A program made the position numbers and the translations under genes. This document shows, piece after piece, positions 58,001 to 64,000 of a stretch of 64,000 bases of DNA; position 1 is the stretch's first letter, and the number at the start of each line of letters is the position of its first letter. The DNA comes from Schmidtea polychroa. Lineage: Eukaryota. Where the stretch lies: NCBI GenBank assembly GCA_044892525.1, contig CM097885.1, positions 16,122,001 to 16,186,000 of the forward strand, written 5' to 3'. The notes under the pieces are model-generated. The model made no database searches. It was not told the DNA's origin and saw only the letters and a list, made by a program, of their open reading frames with translations.

Positions 58001-58152
58001 GTTTCGGTTTTTGTGTTTTTGTATAGGTAATTCGGTAATAATGAAATTATTGAACCTGAATCAACAAGAAAATTGAGGCCATTGCTATGCACCGTGAAGG
58101 TTTGGCTGTCACCCGATGTCGGTGCTATCATTGGTGACTTTATATGTTTCCC
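55038..58152 (-). pseudogene. pol: pol (PR-RT-RH-IN), disrupted by a TAG at 57628 and frameshifts near 57000 and 56000
   Basis: LVDSGS, WRACGDYRALN, YLDD, TDHKPL, HIDIVGPL, DQGRQF, GKVERLH spread over four ORF pieces. Confidence 0.92.
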
Positions 58153-59234
58153 GACTCTTCTTTGTCGAAGGTGCAGGGTTTGTTGCATTTGTATGCTTTA
58201 TTTCCAAATTTATTGTGGTAGTAACAATAGTTTTGGTTTGTGCAATTATTGGGGTTGTTCCCTGTTTTGTTTCTGTCGAAGCTGTTGCGGCTGCCAGATC
58301 GTGTATTTTGTCTGGAATAATTTTGTCTGTTTTCGTAATATTGAGTTCTCCTGGATTCTCTTCTTTGTAATTCGGTTATATCTTTTCTTAGATTTTTCTT
58401 TTCAATAATTATTTCGTCGAATTTTGTTACCAGAGTTGAGAGGAGTTTGTTCGTTTCTGTAGTTTCTGAGCTATTGTGTACAGGTTTGTTTTCGTTGCTC
58501 TTAAAAAAATTTTTGTTTTGGTAAGTTCTACATATTGTTGGGTATATTTCGTCGTTGATTTTGTCTGCTATGTTTGCCAGAGTATCGAGGTCTGTACAGT
58601 TGCTGGCAGCTAGAATCCGTCTTATTTCAGGTGGCATTGCGCGCATGAAAAGGTCTTTGATGAACTCTTTTGACCCAGTGCTTGTTATTTTTGGTTGTAA
58701 GTATTCGAGTTTTGTCTTTAGGTTTCGCAGAAATTCAGACGGTTTGTCATTACCCAATTGGATATCTTTCAAACAGGATTCGAGTAGTTCTCGTCTGTTT
58801 ACTTTGTTTCGATTTATTAAAGTGTTGTATAAGTTTTCGAAAGGGTTGTCGTCCTTTGATATTTCCTCTATTCTATCGGCTATCTCGTTCAGGATGTTGC
58901 TGGGAAGGGCGGCAATTATGTGAGAACAGACTGTTCTTGATGATTTAATGCCTGATAGGTTTAATGTTAATTTGGCAAATTCTAGCCATTTTTGTGGGGT
59001 CCCGTTTTCGTCTGTGAAAAAATTTGGGATGTTTGCCTTGGGGTTTAGTATTGAGTTTACCGCGGATGAATTTTCAGGGTTGTAATAATAACTACTGCTT
59101 TCGTGTGTTGGGTGTGTGTTTGCGTTGTTGGTGCTTGGGTTGTATAGGTGGTTCATGTTTTCCGGTGAGTGAGCATTTTCATAGTTGTTGGGTATCTGTG
59201 TATTGTTTGTCGGGTTTTTCTGGTTTGAAGCCAT
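58140..59234 (-). CDS. gag: Gag with CsRn1-type CHCC knuckle
   Basis: LGNDKPSEFL; CYYHNKFGNKAYKCNKPC; ends in slippery G GGA AAC. Confidence 0.92.
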   Translation of the reverse strand: MASNQKNPTNNTQIPNNYENAHSPENMNHLYNPSTNNANTHPTHESSSYYYNPENSSAVNSILNPKANIPNFFTDENGTPQKWLEFAKLTLNLSGIKSSRTVCSHIIAALPSNILNEIADRIEEISKDDNPFENLYNTLINRNKVNRRELLESCLKDIQLGNDKPSEFLRNLKTKLEYLQPKITSTGSKEFIKDLFMRAMPPEIRRILAASNCTDLDTLANIADKINDEIYPTICRTYQNKNFFKSNENKPVHNSSETTETNKLLSTLVTKFDEIIIEKKNLRKDITELQRRESRRTQYYENRQNYSRQNTRSGSRNSFDRNKTGNNPNNCTNQNYCYYHNKFGNKAYKCNKPCTFDKEESGNI

Positions 59235-60334
59235 TTATTGTTTTGTTGCTGTTTTTTTTTATTGTTTGTTGTGCAAAAAAAAATAGTGGTTTGTTTGAAG
59301 GATATGGCCTACTGTGTTCGGCCAACAGTGTCACTAGCCTTTATAGTTCTATAATAACTATACTGAAAGGTTTCGTGATTGAAAGAAAACGTCGAATGCG
59401 TGTGTGTTGTATGTATTTTTTTCTTCTGACACCAATTGTTAGGTTGATTGTTGTATTATTATATTATTGTGGTGTGCTATGCTAGAAATTTGAAGGACCC
59501 GATAGAGTCACCGGTAAGAAAAATGTGTTGGGACTATCGGGGTGCGTGTTGTGTAACAATAAAGCAAATAAAAATAATATAAACAATAGTATATTAATCT
59601 AAAACTTTTATTTAACCAAATTAAAAAACCTTGAGTGAGGATAGAAAAGTATATCAATTGTCTCTTGACCCGATTTTAATAGTTGGGTATTCGTTCCTTG
59701 TTTTCGAATTTATATTTCTATTTAGTTTTCTTTTTGATTGTTTAGGGAATATAAGAATAGGTAATGGATGTTGTTGTAGAATTTGAACTGAACAGGAATT
59801 TGGTAGAAAAGTATATCAGTTGTCACTTGTTACAAAATTATCGGTTGTGTATTTGTCTTTTTCTATTTTCTTGGGGTCTATATTTCTGTTTAGTTTTCTT
59901 TTCGATCGTTCAAAGAGTACGGGAAAGAAAATATCTTCCAATTCTTCAATTTAATATAGCGATGATAATTCTAATTCTTCAGTTGTTCAATTTGATTTAA
60001 TCTTCTGGAGTTTTTGTTTTTTTAAAATTTTCTTATTGATTTTATTAATTTATCATTTTTCTATAGTGATAATTTACTATGGTAAATTATCACTATATAG
60101 TTTATTTATTTTTTTAAATAAAATAAAAACCTTCTCCACGTACAGCGTGCAGAATTGTTTATTACATTCATACAATGTGATTAACAAAACCAAAAAAAAC
60201 AGAAAATCACAATACATTACAGCATAGTTGTAGTGGACAATTTCTGGCATTGTGACAAATTCTATGTTGAAATTCAATTCTTTGAGTTCCAATTTTATAG
60301 GTTCTGGGGGATAAATAAAAAAACCAAAATATCG

Positions 60335-60388
<54 letters not shown>

Positions 60389-62219
60389 TTTTTTATTATC
60401 ATATTTTAAACAATTTAAATATAATTTGGAATATTTTATAAAATACAATAATATGAGTTATTTCATTTTATTCATATTTGTTTGTGTGCTAAATTTCATC
60501 TTTTTACAAAAATATTTTCTCAATAATAAACTATTGTTTAGAAAATATTTTCATGTAGTAATATGAAAGCGAAACAATTTTTTATTTCTCTTTCATTTGT
60601 AACAATAAAGTGAATTTCGACCAAATTATATTAATTATTAATTAAAATTACTTGTTTCAATTTATTTAATTTCTTCTTTGCATTTGCTATACTCATGGCC
60701 TCGATAATGTAAGTTGATGTGATAAAGCTGTATTTATCTTATTTAATTAGTATTCATTTAAACAAAATACCTGATGAGACATAAAATGAACAAAATCATT
60801 GTACTAAATACTAGTCCAGCTTGCTGGAATGCTTTAGGCAATGCCAAAGCTCTAGAGCCAACGATGAGATTGAATACAAAGATGAATCCGGTCTGTAACA
60901 GAAAGAAAACTCTTCATAAAACCAAAAATAAATGATGCGTAACAAACCCATCTGGAATAAGTGGCTGTCGGCATTTCAATTTATTTTTATTTCGAATATT
61001 AATCTAGTCTAAAAAATAAATTTTTGTAAAGTCTTCATTAATAAAATCCTGCTGATTTATATGAACTTTCTCCGTTAAATTTGATGATTTAAACAAAACG
61101 GGTAATAGAATGATTTAATAAAATTAATTATCTTTTAATAAATAAAATGCAATAATTTGATTAAATAAAATTAGTTCTCTATTTCTATATTTTATCAATA
61201 TATAATATTATTTATGAAATTACATAAGTGTTAATTTATTAAATTAAATGGAAGTAAAAAATATTTTCTGTTTTAAATTAATTTTAAAATATTAAAAAAA
61301 AAAGAAATCGAAAATTGTTAATTTGTTGTGGAGAAAATAAAATATTTTACGGATAAATAAAATAGAATAATTAATAAAATAAAATAAGAAAAAATAAATC
61401 CTTCATTATTTTCGATATTTTTATTTTTACGATATATTAATTAATAATAAAAATATTTTTTTTCAGTTTATAAAAATATATTTATTTTTGGTAGAACTTT
61501 TTCCAATTTCAGCACTGATTATTTTTCCGTTGAATTTATTAAAAAGAGAGCTTGAAGACTATAAATCAGTAATATATCGATGTTTTTTGAAATTCACGAA
61601 TTTTCGGCACGAATTTTCAACATGCACAAGAATGGCAGAGATTACAAGCCGAGGAAGAGAGAATAAAACCAGAAGGCAACCAACAACGACAAGAACATTT
61701 AACATATTGAAAAATAAATAATAAAATTCCACTGCTGGTCAATGTAGGCAAGGTGATTGCTCGCCATATATTCTCAGGAAATGACCATACTTTGCATTCC
61801 GATGGACATGAAGGACATTTTGTATCAGACTATTGCTGGAGGTAACATTTTATATGGATGACACGTTTCAGTTGCCTGAGAGCCGCAGGAATATCCTAGA
61901 AGGTGACGAAATTACTTTGATGGCCACTATTGATTATTCTGATGTCCATAGCATAGAAAGAAACTTATTTACTCCTTCACTCACCAATGAGAATGAATAA
62001 TAATTTAACATTATGCCATTGTCGCATCTAATGCTTTACTGATCCATCTCAGCCATGTAGAGGAGCCATTGAAAGCTTGGTCACACCGCGTGCCAATACT
62101 CATGCTCATTGCGGAAAACCCAGTCAAATCGCCTTCATTGCCCTCATAAACATTACACAAATGCACTCAGTCTGGGACACATTTCTCGCTATCCGTTCTG
62201 AGTAAGCATCCGTTTTGTA

Positions 62220-64000
62220 CAGCTCCTTTCATGCATGCCATCCGATATGTCAGTGTAGGATCTTGTCTGTGTACAGGTTTCCAACCCTTCAAATTGAGGA
62301 TCTAGAAAAGATAAAATCAAATTCCCTCAACTCGTCATTAATTCATATTCATACACAAGGTAACACCATAGGTAATACTTAGCTAAATATTCTATGCGTA
62401 TGATTCTTCCTTTCCTAATATTGGCGTTTGTAGGCTACGGAATAAGTGATATGCAATTATATTTGTGTCATTGTTGATATAACCTGTGGCCTCCCATTCT
62501 CTCCATTTATCATGTCAGTTAGTGTCAAATACTTTATTCTGCAATGGCATAAAATCCTTCATTCAATAAACAAATATTGAAGACTAAATAAAATAAGCGT
62601 TTCCAAAGCATTTATCACACGGGGCATGGATATAGATGAATGCAACTGACGCCCTGTGACTATTCCATCAACTTTTACACATTCGCTATTGTAGGAAGAA
62701 CTCTTGATAGAAACCCCTAATAAGTCACGCCACAATGTATCAATGCGTTCGATGACACAACAAAGAACAATGAAAGATGACCACGGCTACTGCGGAATGA
62801 CATCAGAATGGTCCAGACAATTTGGTGTCCATTAATTGGAATAATATTAAAAAATAAAAAACAAATGTTTGATTTGTTGCTGAATCTGCTGTGACAAAAT
62901 TCTGTGCCATATTTATGTACATGTATCAAAACATACACCCTCCAGCACATACACAATCGCATGCACCAGCACATGCACCAGCACATGCACCAGCACAGTG
63001 AACTACAATTTGATAGAATCAATTAAAATTAAGTGTCAATTAGGCATTGCATTGATCACAGATTTCATAAAATTATACAAAAATTGGTTACAATTTAATT
63101 TTTTTATTGTGTTAAATCTAATCCAATTTATCAGCATTGCTTTGTGCATTTGACATTTTATCATTGCACCCTTGTAACAAAAAAATGTGAAAATGTCAAT
63201 ATGGGGCTCACAGGAACCTTGTACACATCAGAAAATGTGAGACAAATATTTGTAACCATAACGAGATCATTAGATCAATATATTAACATTTTATGAAAAA
63301 TATTTATTTTTATATTTTGATATATTTTAATTTGTATTTGCCCTTAAAAATGTTAAAATTTTACATTTCGTTATCAAATTATAATTTAAATAATTTTGTA
63401 ATATTTAAAATAAATGAGAAAAAAATTAACATTAATAATATTTCGAATTACTCTAAAGGCTAAAATACAATAATTATAAAATGTTTGTTTATCTACATCA
63501 AAATACAAATTATAAATATTGAAATTGTCAACGTCAGCGGAATAATTAATATAATAAGTATGATTTATGAATGTTGTAAAATGTTGAAATATTTTGATAA
63601 TTTTGTTAATTTTAGATAAAATGTTTGCAAGCGTATGGGAACTAATGAAGAGGAATAAATTTGAATTTGATAATGAAATCAGCAGTGAATTGATATGCAG
63701 AATTTGCAACAGTTTAATGATAAAAGCTTGCCAAGCTCCTTGCGGTTGTGGCTTTTGTTCTGATTGCATTGAACATTATTTGGATGGAAGAAATAAATTC
63801 TGTCCAGGAGCAGCAAAACATTGTGAAAAGAAAATGATCAATTTCAAAAAAGATGTTTCTGAAGATCATGCAGCCAATTTAAGGATTTCAGAAGTGACAG
63901 TAAGATGCCCAGTGCAAAATTGTCAATTCAAAGATGAATTAGAGGTGATGGAGAGCCACATGAGAACATGCAACAAGCAAACAATAAAATGTCCATTCAA
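62220..64000 (+). repeat. Inverted segmental duplicate of ~42740-44480
   Basis: Colinear reverse-complement similarity throughout, with scattered substitutions and indels. Confidence 0.9.
63621..64000 (+). CDS. Second TRAF paralog (5' part; runs off the window)
   Basis: MFASVWELMKRNKFEFDNEISSELICRICNSLMIKACQAPCGCGFCSDCI..., open to the window end. Confidence 0.88.
   Translation, partial: MFASVWELMKRNKFEFDNEISSELICRICNSLMIKACQAPCGCGFCSDCIEHYLDGRNKFCPGAAKHCEKKMINFKKDVSEDHAANLRISEVTVRCPVQNCQFKDELEVMESHMRTCNKQTIKCPF

Larger units (their letters stand above)
54077..60221 (-). mobile_element. Full-length CsRn1-like Ty3/Gypsy element, 6.1 kb
   Basis: 785-bp LTRs (54077-54861, 59437-60221; about 4 differences seen), 5-bp TSD GCATA, PBS TGGTGTCAGAAG (tRNA-Leu type, 59423-59434), PPT next to 54862. 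Confidence 0.97.
44600..60974 (-). pseudogene. TMEM104: TMEM104-like amino-acid-transporter gene, TE-interrupted and decayed
   Basis: Exons: MPTATYSRW / GFIFVFNLIVGSRALALPKAF / FITSTYIIEAMSIANA (60650-60974); YFEITNVFEM (~53880); DSDLCW...GYRILL, ITKTKFIQ, IILVFYLALS, TLRNN (44700-45440) with a stop and frameshifts. 3' limit approximate. Confidence 0.75.

Overview
AT-rich animal genomic DNA with ~40-nt introns and abundant (AAT)n tracts; a flatworm-like host is a guess only. The window is mostly nested mobile elements. (1) A young 16.6-kb Ty3/Gypsy element (16517-33117, minus strand, near-identical 863-bp LTRs, tRNA-Trp PBS) with unusual architecture. ORF1 encodes Gag with 4 CCHC knuckles, two ubiquitin-like domains, a Bcl-2-like domain and a gB/chuvirus-type envelope. 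A single in-frame TGA follows, then PTAP/YPxxxL late-domain motifs, PR-RT-RH-IN and a second membrane protein. A separate DEDDh exonuclease ORF and a captured antisense KLHL20 fragment lie downstream. (2) A truncated Maverick/Polinton (~8355-14109) with integrase, packaging ATPase, penton stub, core-like protein and its own TATA-binding protein, with host-type mini-introns. (3) Two related non-coding AGTAG-ended elements that share a TATA-led ~80-bp motif with the Maverick. (4) Two CsRn1-like Gypsy copies, one inserted in an exon of a TMEM104-like pseudogene. (5) An inverted pair of TRAF genes. (6) hAT, Penelope, mariner, Helitron and MITE remnants. All domain calls are by-eye motif recognition; no searches were run.
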